From Eledone cirrhosa (Eukaryota), in assembly GCA_964016885.1 (NCBI GenBank), contig OZ024760.1, forward strand, positions 17,174,001-17,238,000: DNA of 64,000 nucleotides, in the 5' to 3' direction. Position 1 is the stretch's first letter. Every line of letters starts with the position of its first letter. The notes beneath the pieces were generated by a model. It was not told the origin of the DNA. It was given only the letters and a program-made list of their open reading frames with translations, and made no database searches. Of the stretch, positions 25,308 to 37,838 are shown one piece after another. Both the position numbers and the translations under genes were made by a program.

Positions 25308-27587
25308 TACCACAAGAACATTAAGAATCTCCCTTCATCTTTCCCTACCTATCTCTTCTGATATCTCCTACCACCATCACCATCTGCTGATATCTCCCAC
25401 CACCACCCCTCTCCTGATATCTCCCACCACCACCCCTCTCCTGATATCTCCCATCACCACCTCTCTCTCCCTTAACTCCTCTGCCTCTGTAATTTCCAGG
25501 TGAAAATATAAAAGGTCACCCCCAATTGCCCTTCACTGACCTTTTCAGGTGACAGAAACAGTTTTGATATTCACACAAAACTCACCTCAACCAATCCCTT
25601 TATAGAATTAATTGCACAACTATGGCAGGTCTTAACAATATGTAGATGCTGTTGAGGGAGGAGGGGGGATACCTCAGAGGAGCATTTACTACACATTAAA
25701 TATACTGGTTCCTGGGCTGGGTTGTGTGTTGTGTTCTTGAGCAAAACACTTCATTTCACCCATTGCTCCAGTATACTCAGCTGAAAATGAGTACCAGCAG
25801 CAATAGCTGGAGGTTTAACCCTACGATGGACTGGCGCCCTGTCCAGGGGGATTCTTGTGCTTTCATAGGAGGCATGTGGCCTAGTGGTAAGGGTGTTGAA
25901 CTTAAAATCATAATGTCATAGGTTTAATTCCTGGGCTGGGCTGTGCTGTGTTGTGTTCTTGAGCAAAACATTTCATTTCACATTTCTCTAGTATACTCAG
26001 CTGAAAATGAGTACCAGAAATAGCTGGGGGTTTAACCCTGTGATGGACTGGCCTCCTGTCCAGAGAGGAGTCTTGTACACGAAATCAAGATAAGCACCGA
26101 CCTGATGAGCCTCATGGCTTCAGACAAAAAAAGGTCTCATATATGGTAGGGTTTCATTAATATACTATGGTTTCACATATAATACGGTATCACCTATGTA
26201 ATTTAGTTAGTACACAAAAACTATTTCAAGAGGTGTTTAAAATCTAAAAACAAGGTAAATAACTCCAATAAGATCAGCCATGTGAAATTTTTGGAAAAAA
26301 TGAGCATCACCATCATCACCAGTTTTATGTCCATTTTCCATGTTTGTATGGGTTGGATAGGTTGTCATGTTTTAAGATGAGGTAGGTTAGATAATTACCT
26401 CCTGCTCATACATTCTAGTCTGGTAGAGTTTCTATGACTGGAGGCCCTTCCTAAAGCCAATCACACTACAGTGTATACTGGGTGCATTGTATCATGGCAC
26501 CAGCTCTACCACTTTACAGAGTATACTGGATTCATTTTATGGTGGCACTAACACTAAACTGATTGTTATCATCATCATCATCAATTGTTAACTATTTGAA
26601 TACCTTGTCATATGTATGAGCAGCCAGTTACAGCCGATTTCGCCAGATAGGGCCGGTTTAAATGCTAAAGGGTTAAAAAAAACTTTATCGGTCTTTTACA
26701 AAATCAATTTAATTGTTAACCCCAAAAAAAACGTCAAACAAAAACTTAACCTTTAACATTTTTTAATGATGATTTAACGAAAAATATCTAAAAATGTGGT
26801 TTGTTAACTCAAATATTTATAATATCTACCAGAAATATAAAAATATTAACTAATGTATAAGCCTCTTTAAAAAAATCTCAATTTATTTATAGCTATTTAA
26901 GTAGGTTACCATATCAAAATAAAATCATCATCGTTTAACCCTTTAGCACTTAAACCGGCCATATCCGGCCAGAGTTCTCTCACCTATTTCTGTTCAAATT
27001 GGTCATAACGAGCTGTTCATACCAACATTAAGGGATTTTTCTCAAAATAAGTAATATCAAATTCTCATAGATTCAATATTTGAGATAATTCAATGAGATA
27101 AAGCCTTTACTTTGAAAATAAAACAGTAAATATAGAGTAATGTGAATGCTAAAGGGTTGACGTCCATTTTCCACGCTAGCCAAGGTTAGAGAGGTTGTCC
27201 TATTTGATGCTAGTCGGGTCAGGTGACTGTGTCATGCTCATACAGAACTGGTGTGGCTAGTGCCCCTTCCACCAGACCAATCAAATACCTTATATGTCCC
27301 ATGATGCGACACCACATGGCTTGAACTCCTGACCTCTGCTTATACTCTACTAATTATATAATAGCTGAGCTGATCAGTTGATATAAGTAGTTCTTTAGTC
27401 TGCTTGCTAGAGGTCAGTATTTACTGTTGTTGTTGTTGTGGTGGTGGTGTTGGTACTGGTGGTTGTTATTGTTGTTGTAGTGGTTGTTGTTATTGTATTG
27501 GTGGTTATTACTGTGCTTGTGGTGGTGGCGGTGGTGGTGGTGATAGTAGTAGTTGTCGTTATATTGGTGGTTGTAACTGTGGTTGTT

Positions 27588-27619
<32 letters not shown>

Positions 27620-30025
27620 TGTTACGGTAGTGGTTATTACTGTGGTTGTTGTTGTAGTGGTGGTGGTAGTAGTAGTAGAAGTTGGAGTACTAGTGGTTAT
27701 TATTACTGTGATTGTTGTGATTGTTGTTGTTGTGGTGGTGGTGGTGGTGGTGGTGGTAGTAGTTGTACTGTGGTTTTTACTGCTACAACAGTGAATGTCA
27801 TTGTTGAAGTCACTATGTTTGTTGTTCTGACTAATGCTGTTGCTGTCGATGTTGTTGTTTAGCCCAAGGTCAGCCCTACCTAAGCAGACCTATGATTAAA
27901 AGTGTTACAAAACAATCATTGTCATTTTTGTTTGGTTGGCTGGTTGTTTTCTCACATATAGTATTGTGTAGTAGACTTAATCTGCCACCCAGTTTAACAC
28001 CACAGCCTAACCATTAGGATATCTTTGACAGAGTCCACTCGGTGGCAAGAATTCAGACCAGGTATCTGGTACAAGAGCTTTCCTTCTTTCTCTAATCAGT
28101 CCCTGAAGCTCTGAAAAAAAAGGGGACATGGACACAGCCCATCCTCCTCTGAGACTTGCTGTAAAAAACAATATGAATAGGGTTACATTATCCAATGTCC
28201 TTCCTTTCTTAAAGCAGTAGTGAGGGTTTTGAGAGAGATTTTGTTGATATTTCTAGCAGATTGTGTAAAGATTATTGTTGCTGTTCTTGAACTAAGTACA
28301 GTTGTTATTGTTATTGTTGTCACGAGGCCAGCTGAGAAGTCTAAATACAGCCGATTTAATCGACTTGCTCCACCCCAAAATTGTTGGCCTTGTGCCTAAA
28401 TCAGAAAGCATTATTATTACTAGCAGAGGTTAACTTTGCCTTTCATCCTTACGAGGTCGATAAAATAAAGTACCAGTAATGCACTGGTTAATTGCTGGCC
28501 TTGTGCCAAAAGTAGAAACAATTATTATTACTAGCAGAAAAACCACCCCTCGGGTGGTATTCTGCAAGCATGTGTAGTGTGCTTATTGATATTATACGCA
28601 AGTATATATACATGGAGATATTATACATCAAATAAAATCGTAATTGACAATATACACAGAAATTGAAGAGAGTCTGTGTTACACTCTCTTCTGTAATCAG
28701 TAAAGTAATCCATGATACATTAAAAAAAAACGATATTATATATAAACTGTATTAGGAAAATAATTAGTGACAGAAATATATGAATGTTTAAGTAATCCAA
28801 CTTATTTTACTAACTGCATTAAAAGAAACAAACCATATGCAGTCCCGCGCTCCTTACTGTAGTATAGTTTAGATTGATGTTGTTGTATTATGGTGGTGGT
28901 GGAGAAGGTAACCAGTAAGACAGAACATGTCAAGTAGAGATAACAGTACTTTCCTTCTACTCACCATTTTCCAGTTTGTTATTCATGTCTACCAACCTTC
29001 CTTTAGAAATGTGGAGAGATTTGATCTCATCTTGAAGACTGATATTTTCTTTAACAACATGTAGAAAGTCCTAAACAAATAACACAAAATATATACTATA
29101 TATATATATATTCTGTATATATATACAGAATATATATATATACTGTGTATATATACAGAATATATATATATATATATATACTGTGACCTGACCTCTGGTG
29201 TCACACAGTAATACAGAAGACCCGACCCCCCACGGGTACAAGCCGAAGCTGAAGCATATAGACAATATGCCCCCCACACCCTCCCACTGCAAAGTGGTCG
29301 TGGAGGTGTCATGGCAAAAAAGCACCCAGACCACACTGTAAAGTGGTTGGTTGTGTAGGCGCCATGGAAAAAAAGCACCCAGCACTCACTGTAAATGAGG
29401 TTTGTGTTAGGAAGGGCATCCAGCTGTAGAAATCAACCCAGAATCAGTTCCCGTATGAGCAAGACATGGTCAGTTGACCGGACACTGCCCACAACAGGAC
29501 AACCCGTCTAACCCATGCTAGCATGGAAGAACGGACGTAAAACGGTGATGATGATGATGATATATATATACTGTATATATATATACAGAATATATATATA
29601 TACTGTATATATATACAGTATATATATATATATACTGTATATGTACATACAGTATCATCATCACCGTTTTACATCCATTCTCCACACTAGCATGGGTTAG
29701 ACGAGTTGTCCTGTTGTGGGCAGTGTCCGGTTGGCTGACCATGTCTTGTTCATACGGGAACTGATTCTGGCTTGATTTCTACAGCTGGATGCCCTTCCTA
29801 ACACCAACCTCATTTACAGTGAGTGCTGGGTGCTTTTTTTCCGTGGCACCTACACGACCAACCACTTTACAGTGTGGTCTGTGTGGGGGCATATTGTCTA
29901 TATGCTTCAACTTGTACCCATGGGGGGGGGGTCTTCTGTATTACTGCGTGACTATATATATATATACTGTATATATATATATATATACAGTATATATATA
30001 TATACTGTGTATATATATATATACA

Positions 30026-30124
<99 letters not shown>

Positions 30125-31200
30125 CCGGTTAAGTTCCCATCGTTGACATTACAAATGATGTTACAATGTTATTGCTTGTTTTTTGTTCTGTTCGTCTTTC
30201 AAGATAAAATTGTCAAATCCTTTTGTGTTAACCACATTTTATATCCATTGAGTTTAGACATTTTCTACACAGTAGGTTTTTTAAAAAAGAAGTGGAAAAG
30301 CCTACATTACTACATTAAACTGTTAAACACTTTAAAAAATCGAATAGGCTATGTAGCCGGTAAACCTTAAAAGCCCCTCCCTTCTCTTGTCTGTATCTAT
30401 TTATATATTTACCTGTAGATGTGTGTGTATGTAACTAAAGCATAACGTAAGTTACGAATGGACGACTAAATGATTTTAACTTGTTTTTTTAAACAATTGA
30501 TGGTGCAAAAGATTTTAAATTGTCTTAACTCAGACCGTAAAAGTCCGCAACTCATCATGTCTGACACTCTTGCCGGCTACATAGCCTGCTAGTCTATTTT
30601 ACGGGGACCGGCTACATAGTCTCTTCCTAAAAATAAAGGGTGGGGAAACCTACATTACTACATTAAACTGTTGAAATTCTGAATAAAGTCGATATGTAAT
30701 AACCATTAAAAAATGTCAATATAATTTATATATTATACGCGGTTTAGACATTATATTTGTCTTTCTGAACGAATTGCGAGCAATTTATAATGTTATTTAT
30801 GCATTTGTTATGTTATTTATTGTGTTTATGTAATGAATAAGACAATATAGATATATCGAACGATAGAAAATAAATGAAGAAAAGTGTTTAATAAAGAAGT
30901 AAATGTATGTGAAAAGACCGTTTGAGTCAATTACAGGCCATAACAAGAGTTTCTGGAGCTTCTCTCTAATAAAGTTTCAAGTACGAAATAGACATGGAGT
31001 CCATTTCGTCTCTAGAAGAAAACGTATTTTAACAGTAATTACCTTCTGTTTTATGTTTCTATGTGGATATTTATAAACTAGAACCATTATTGTTGCTATT
31101 ATTATTACTACTATACCTGGTAATAATGGCCAGATTGTTTAACAAACTCGTCTAACTTCTGGTTGTGAACAGCCAAACTTTCACTACGACTCGACGCCAT
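18930..31200 (-). CDS. CCDC152: Coiled-coil domain-containing protein 152 homolog, 274 aa, 8 exons
   Basis: complement(join(31117..31200,28965..29070,24109..24177,23536..23600,21265..21367,20568..20695,19627..19713,18930..19112)); 825 nt, open frame, all GT-AG. Segments [17 protein letters not shown] and [29 protein letters not shown] match my recollection of vertebrate CCDC152 (KQNEIIKLQLEFDAKL; IYRRKLQHFQEEKNKEI). Confidence 0.85.
19627..19713 (-). CDS. CCDC152: CCDC152 exon 7 ([29 protein letters not shown])
   Basis: tttcag acceptor, gtaagt donor, 87 nt. Confidence 0.88.
20245..20313 (-). ncRNA. 3' half of a hammerhead (family G), 5' part replaced by a SINE fragment
   Basis: Long stem II hairpin GCUAAUUCUGGACU/AGUCCAGAAUUAGC, then GAA-ACGGCU(UGAGCUC)AGCCGU-C; related copy at 7437-7575. 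Confidence 0.5.
20568..20695 (-). CDS. CCDC152: CCDC152 exon 6 ([14 protein letters not shown]...[10 protein letters not shown])
   Basis: tcccag acceptor, gtaact donor, 128 nt. Confidence 0.88.
21265..21367 (-). CDS. CCDC152: CCDC152 exon 5 ([34 protein letters not shown])
   Basis: ttctag acceptor, gttaag donor, 103 nt. Confidence 0.85.
21890..22852. repeat. 52-bp minisatellite, about 18 near-identical units, in a CCDC152 intron
   Basis: ataggatagtctagcagaacagggcagatctagagtctctgatatggctgtc. Confidence 0.95.
23132..23402. mobile_element. hAT-like MITE
   Basis: CAGTGATTGCCAAC...GTTGGTGACCACTG termini; TSD cattagat/cattagaa. Confidence 0.65.
23536..23600 (-). CDS. CCDC152: CCDC152 exon 4 ([21 protein letters not shown])
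   Basis: ttccag acceptor, gtataa donor, 65 nt. Confidence 0.85.
23770..24097 (+). mobile_element. RTE-type LINE 3' fragment (related pieces 18480-18680, 59290-59455)
   Basis: Decayed LHWFGHV...GRPRKTW motifs and a tail ending in (ATG)n shared with the SINE tails. Confidence 0.6.
24109..24177 (-). CDS. CCDC152: CCDC152 exon 3 ([22 protein letters not shown])
   Basis: ttacag acceptor, gtaaat donor, 69 nt. Confidence 0.87.
28965..29070 (-). CDS. CCDC152: CCDC152 exon 2 ([17 protein letters not shown]...KLEN)
   Basis: tttag acceptor, gtgagt donor, 106 nt. Confidence 0.85.
31117..31200 (-). CDS. CCDC152: CCDC152 exon 1 ([28 protein letters not shown])
   Basis: ATG at 31200-31198, gtatag donor, phase 0. 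Confidence 0.8.
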
Positions 31201-31509
31201 TATCGTCTGCTTCAATACATTTCACCCTTATCGTCTCCGATCCCAAATTTTGGGATTTATTATATATTATTTTAATATAGAGATATGTTTTAACTGGAAA
31301 TTATCTAAAATAAAATAAAATTTAAAGTTGAAATTTAATTGCTTAAATTTTATTTTATTTTAATAAAGTTCACCAGAAATAAATTAACTGCGTCTTTATG
31401 ACCCCCATACTTTTTAGTATTTTACTCCCTCCTCTCTCTTTCTGTTATTATTTATCTCTCACCCCCTCTCTATGGCTTAGCTTTATATCTCTTTCTCTTT
31501 CTATCTCAA

Positions 31510-31579
<70 letters not shown>

Positions 31580-31621
31580 TTCAAAATATTAACAAAAATA
31601 GACATTCTTGTGATCAAGTAT

Positions 31622-31686
31622 ATTTTATTATACATATTTCAAAGGTACTGAGCTATCTTCAACAGTACGTCCTCATCAGATAAAAT
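31622..31686 (-). ncRNA. Hammerhead family D
   Basis: AUUUUAU-CUGAUGA-stem II with GUACUG/CAGUAC-GAA-AUA(UG)UAU-A/AUAAAAU. Confidence 0.65.
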
Positions 31687-31825
31687 AAGATGATGCATGA
31701 CATACCCTGACATAGTAGATGGTTAAGATTCAGTCATGGTAGTCATGGTAAACCATTCTGTTGAGTGCTTCCAATCTATTGTAAAACTCATTCTTTGATT
31801 TATTCATTGAACCTTGTTTAACCTT

Positions 31826-31907
<82 letters not shown>

Positions 31908-31916
31908 ATATAGAAA

Positions 31917-31974
31917 AGCTTCTACAGGACTAGAACTGTTTCATTCGTGAGAAATCATCAGGACATCAGGAAGC
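31917..31974 (-). ncRNA. Hammerhead family C copy
   Basis: AGCUUC...CUGAUGA-U-UUC(UCAC)GAA-U-GAA-ACAG/CUGU-A-GAAGCU; an 8-nt duplication disturbs stem I. Confidence 0.6.
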
Positions 31975-32071
31975 TTCCTGAAGAAGCTTTTCTATATTAA
32001 ATACTTATACTCTGCTTTGTATTGAGTACCTTACTTACTGTGGTTACCCCTGATTGAACCTGGGATAAACT

Positions 32072-32107
<36 letters not shown>

Positions 32108-32420
32108 GTAGGAGGTGAGTTTTATTGTAGTACAATAAAGCAATGCAGATATCGGATAAGAAGCACTCTACAGTTTGTGGGACTGGAGTATGTATAATAT
32201 AAGATCAAAAGATGGTTAAAGGAGTTCAATATATTTTATTATGCGCATTTCAAAAACAAACATCATCAAACAATAATATTTGTGTTTTCATCAGATAAAA
32301 CAGGAGAACATGATATGAAGGCTAAAAAAACACTTGTTGATAGTGCAGTTTTAAATCAACATATCAACATAACTGCACTATCAACAAGTGTTTTTTTAGC
32401 CTTCATATCATGTTCTCCTG

Positions 32421-32487
32421 TTTTATCTGATGAAAACACAAATATTATTGTTTGATGATGTTTGTTTTTGAAATGCGCATAATAAAA
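32421..32487 (+). ncRNA. Hammerhead family A copy (inverted twin at 32234-32300 on -)
   Basis: Same core and stems as 1491-1557; the stem II loop changes GCAU to GUUU. Confidence 0.72.
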
Positions 32488-32707
32488 TATATTGAACTCC
32501 TTTAACCATCTTTTGATCTTATATTATATATATATATATATATATATAATTGAATATAAAAGAGAGATAAACACAGATATATATTACATGGCCCGGAACA
32601 AAATTTTTTCCTTGAGTTATTTAATTGTAAGAGACTATTTTCAGTTTTTAACTCAATATATACCTTTGATATATATACATATATATATATATAGTGAAAT
32701 GCTCCAC

Positions 32708-32742
<35 letters not shown>

Positions 32743-32942
32743 TACATACATATGTATTTGATCCCAACTTGTGTAGAATGTTGGTTACATTTGCATGTGT
32801 TTGTATGTATATATGTGTATGCAGTGTTGTATGTATATATGTGTATGCAGTGTTGTATGTATATATGTGTATGCAGTGTTGTATGTATATATGTGTATGC
32901 AGTGTTGTATGTATATATGTGTATGTAATGGCGTACTGGCCA

Positions 32943-33594
32943 GGTTGCCAGGATGTAGTTTATGGAACACCCAAATGATGTAGAAGTCGACCTTAAGTAG
33001 GAGCATGAACATTAAGAAAGGCATGAACGACACCACAACACTTTGTTTTGAAAATTTTGAAAAGTAGGTTAATAAGTATGAATTTTCATAAGGTTTTTAT
33101 AGTTGTCTCTGTGGCCTAACGGTAGGAACTAGAGACTGTGGAGATCCTGGCCTTGGGTGCAATCCTGGTCAAGAGGTACATGTAACCTTTTTCAGTTTTT
33201 ATTTTACAACCAATAGAAAAAAACTGAAAGGGTCGACCAGGATCACCACTGTCTATGATTCCTCCAACTAGGCCACAAGACAGCTACAAAAGTATAATGA
33301 AAATTGATAATTATAAACCTACTTTCAAAATCAAAGTTAAAAAGATGTGGTGTCGTTCATGGCTTTCCTAGAGTTATTAGTAATATTTAGGGTCAACTTC
33401 TGGTCATTAATGAAAGTCTCTGGATTTCACAAAATACATATTTTTTTTATTGGAGAAGGAAAGATATTTTTCTGCAAAAGTTTGATTGCACTGTTTTGTT
33501 TCCACTTACGTATTTTTCGAAAATGTTATTTATTCATTATAAAAATTAAATGATAGCATTCTATATATAGGTGGGCCCTCTTCATCTGGCAACC
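32943..33594. mobile_element. Diverged fold-back element with long imperfect inverted arms
   Basis: GGTTGCCAG/CTGGCAACC ends; arms about 32960-33150 versus 33235-33435 are reverse complements. Confidence 0.55.
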
Positions 33595-33667
33595 AATATT
33601 TTTAGACCCAGTCTACCACTGTGTGTATGTGTCGGTATGTATCTGTGCATGTATCTATATGTGTCTG

Positions 33668-33699
<32 letters not shown>

Positions 33700-35454
33700 A
33701 CTGTAATAGACAAATTTGATCCCAGCTTAGTGCAGATGAACTAAATGTTGGTCACATTTGTATGTATATGTGTGTTTGTGTGTGTATGTATGTGTATGCA
33801 TATAAATATGTATGTATTGGCTTGTGTGTGTGTGTGTGTATCGATATGTGTGTGTCTGTCTATCCAACTGTTTCTCTAACTATAATACAGCCAAATTTGA
33901 TCTTAGTATTAATGAATCAGATGCTGATAACAGCATGTTTCAGTGTGTGGCTTTGTTATGCAACTCTGATCCCAGCTTAATTTAGGTGAATCAACTTTTA
34001 ATAGCAGCTGTGTATCAGTGTGTGACTTATAAAGCAGGCAATTTTGATCTGTGCTTATTATTAGCAAACACTTTCGAGATTGTCTGAAACTGCCACTGGT
34101 TCTATGATACAAAACTATTTATCTTAAAGTGATTATACTAATCTAAAAACCTTTCATCATAATTTAAGAACCTTTGTTAACCCTTTAGTTACCAACCCAG
34201 CCAAAACCAGCCCTGGTTCTATGAATTAACTATTGCTGTAAAGATGTAAAGTTAACCCTTTAGTATTTACACCAACTGTATCCGGCCAGAATCAGCCGCT
34301 TATGTTGATATTGAGGTATTGTTCTCAAAATAAATAATATCCAAATCTCATAGATTTGATACTATGTGAGTGAAAATAGAATAGTAAATATAGGTAAGTG
34401 AAAATATAATAGTAAATATAGAGTAATGTAAATGATAAAGGGTTAAGGTGTAAAGTGGTTGTGTAAGTGTCATGACAAAAAGGACCCAGGCCACACTGTG
34501 AAGTGGTCGTTTAGGTGTCACGACAAAAAGCACCCAGGCCACACTGTAAAGTGGTCATGGTGGCGACATGATAAAAAGTACCCAGGCCACACTGTCCCCC
34601 CAAAATATATACATACTTCAACAGCATTCTAATGAAAGTATGTATACATTTTTGTGGGACACCCTGTATATATGTGATGGGCAGGTTTGATACTTTATAG
34701 CTTTTCTTTAATAAATTTACTGCATTTATGTATTCATGTGTGTATATATATATATATATACATGTGTATGACTATATGTACATATGTATATGTTTGTGAT
34801 TTCATGTGTGTGTGTGTGTGTATACATATACATGTGTATGAGTATATGTACATATGTATATGTTTGTAGTTTCGTATGATCATGATCGTTGGCACGTATA
34901 CAAAACTATGATTACATTTGTTTACATGTGTGTGTATGTTTATATGACTATGTATGTGTGTGTATATACATTATATGTGTGTGTGTGTATATATATATAT
35001 ATACGTGTGTGTGTGTGTGCGTCTGTATATATATATATAACAATATATGTGTGTTTGTAACTGTATATGTATATGTATGTATGTGTGTATATATATGTGT
35101 GTGTGTGTGTGTATATAACAATATGTTTGTGTAGAACTATTATGTATGTAACTGTAGCTATGTCTACGCCCCTATGTGTATATGTGTGCATTTGACTGCG
35201 TACATGTGTGTATCTGTGTATGTGTCTGTATCTGTGTATATGTATATGTATGTGTGTATATATATGTGTGTGTGTGCATGTACATGTGTGGGTGTATATG
35301 TGTTTGTGTGTATGTGTCTGTATGTGTGTGTGTGTGTGTGCACGTGTATGTGTGTGTATATGTGTGGGTGTGTGTGTATATGTAAGTGCATATGTGTGTA
35401 TGTATATGTGTGTATGTGTATGTGCGTATGTGTGTGTATGTATATGTGTATATA

Positions 35455-35493
<39 letters not shown>

Positions 35494-35502
35494 GTATGTG
35501 TA

Positions 35503-35533
<31 letters not shown>

Positions 35534-35930
35534 GTGTGTATGAGTGTGTGTGTGTATATGTGTGTGTGTGTATGTATGTATGTGTGTGTGTATGTGTATG
35601 AGTGTGTGTGTGTGTATGTGTATGTATGTGTGTGTGTATATGTGTGTGTATGTGTGTGTGAGCTATAACCGTCTTACAATGACGTCAGAAACAACTGTTA
35701 GAGTTCAAGTAGCTGAAAATCTCTGACACAACCAATGTAAATAGAACCACACACATATACACACACCTGCGTATATGTGTGTATGTATTATGTATGTGTG
35801 TGTATGTATATGTGTGTGTATATATATATATGTGTGTGTGTATGTATATATATATATATATATACATGTGTGTATATATATGTGTATATTTGTATGTGTG
35901 TGTATATATATATATATATGTGTATATATA

Positions 35931-35996
<66 letters not shown>

Positions 35997-36336
35997 CATA
36001 TATATATATTTATATATATCATCATCATCATCGTTTCTACCCCTGCTTTTTCAAGCTTGCATGGGTTGGATAGACCCGTCTTCTCTTCCCTTTAGCTTAC
36101 TCCATATCCTACTACATCTCTTGTGTACTCAAGATTTATATTGTGTACATTGTATGGAGTTTATGCTTACTCCTTTTCTATATATTAAGCAGGGCCACTT
36201 CCCTGAAGGAATCAGGGTCTTATCTTCTCTCCTAAGTACTAACACTTTAGTTTTGGCTAAGTTTACTCTCAGGCCTTTTTATTCTGAATTTTATATTTCC
36301 ATAGTCAGAACTTATTTTCCATACATACACACACAC

Positions 36337-36382
<46 letters not shown>

Positions 36383-36954
36383 TCATCATTTCATTTTATG
36401 TCCGCTTTTTCCCTGCTTGCAAGGGTGGGACGGGAACTGATTCTGGATTGATCTCTACAGCTGGATGCCCTTCCTAACACCAACCTCATTTACAGTGAAT
36501 GCTGGGTGCTTTTTTGCCGTGGCACCTCCACGACCACTTTGCAGTGGAATGATAGGGACCCCAGTCCCTATCATCTCATTTCTACAGCTGAGTAAACTGG
36601 AGCAATGTGAAATAAAGTGTCTTGCACAAGGAAACAACACATCACCCGGGCTCAGAATTGAACTCACAACCTTTCGATTGCAAGGCCAATGCTCTAACCA
36701 CTAAGCCATGTGCCTCCATATATATATATATCATCATCATCATCATCATCACCGTTTTACGTCCGTTCTTCAATGCTAGCATGGATTAGACGGAAGATAT
36801 AGTACAGATTCGGTCTGAGATTGAACCCCACACCACTGTCTCCATCGTCTCTAACACTTACCATTAGGCCACCGAATATATATATGTATATATATAAAAT
36901 TGAAAAAGTGAAGAGCAACATGGTCAACAGTACAAAAAAAGGGATTTATTTACA

Positions 36955-37060
36955 GTCCAACAGTTGTTTCACTGATTAAGTTGTCTAAAAATTGCTGAAC
37001 ACTAGAAGCAGTGCCACTCAATTTCAAATACGATGTTAACTTAATCAGATCATCAGAGAC
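36955..37060 (-). ncRNA. Hammerhead family E with large stem II insertion
   Basis: GUCU-CUGAUGA-U-CUGAUUAAGUU...AACUUAAUCAG-U-GAA-ACA(AC)UGU-U/GGAC. Confidence 0.65.
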
Positions 37061-37771
37061 AACTGTAAATAAATCCCCTTTTTTATACAGTTGACCATGT
37101 TATTCTCCTCTTTTTCAATGTTATTACTCCAAGATAAACTTACACAGGAATACAAGTGAAATCATAAACTCGTCATCCATGTAAACCTCTTGTTGAGTCA
37201 AGCAACGCCGTACATTAAAACTCTCCATAATAAGAAGTATTCACAACCTCTAATTGGATTACCTATAACGATATTTTGTTTTCCCTTATATATATATATA
37301 TATATACATATATATATTATATACATATAAATAAATATATATATATATATATATGGAGGCACATGACTTAGTGGTTAGAGCATTGGCCTTGCAATCGAAA
37401 GGTTGTGAGTTCAATTCTCAGTCCGGGTGATGTGTTGTTTCCTTGAGCAAGACACTTTATTTCACATTGCTCCAGTTTACTCAGCTGTAGAAATGCGATG
37501 ATAGGGACTGGTGTCCCTATCATTCCACTGCAAAGTGGACGTGGAGGTGCCACGGCAAAAAAGCACCCAGCACTCACTGTAAATGAGGTTGGTGTTAGGA
37601 AGGGCATCCAGCTGTAGAAATCAAGCCAGAATCAGTTCCCGTCCCACCCTTGCAAGCAGGGAAAAGCGGATGTAAAATGAAATGATGATGATGATGATAT
37701 ATATATATATCATCATATATATATATATATATATATATAAGATCAAAAGATGGTTAAAAGAGTTCCAAGTA

Positions 37772-37838
37772 TTTTATTATGCACATTTCAAAAACAAATA
37801 TCATCATGAGATGATATCTGCATTTTCATCAGATAAAA
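37772..37838 (-). ncRNA. Hammerhead family A diverged copy
   Basis: Stem II GCAGAUAUCAUC/GAUGAUAUUUGU remains paired despite several substitutions. Confidence 0.68.

Noticed and set aside
26101-26125. CTGATGA-GCC-TCAT-GGC hairpin
   Set aside because: No following GAAA; part of a SINE 3' region
27404-27862. Cys/Gly-rich ORF resembling a keratin-associated or metallothionein-like protein
   Set aside because: Degenerate (GGT/TGT/AGT)n microsatellite antisense within a CCDC152 intron; no ATG start
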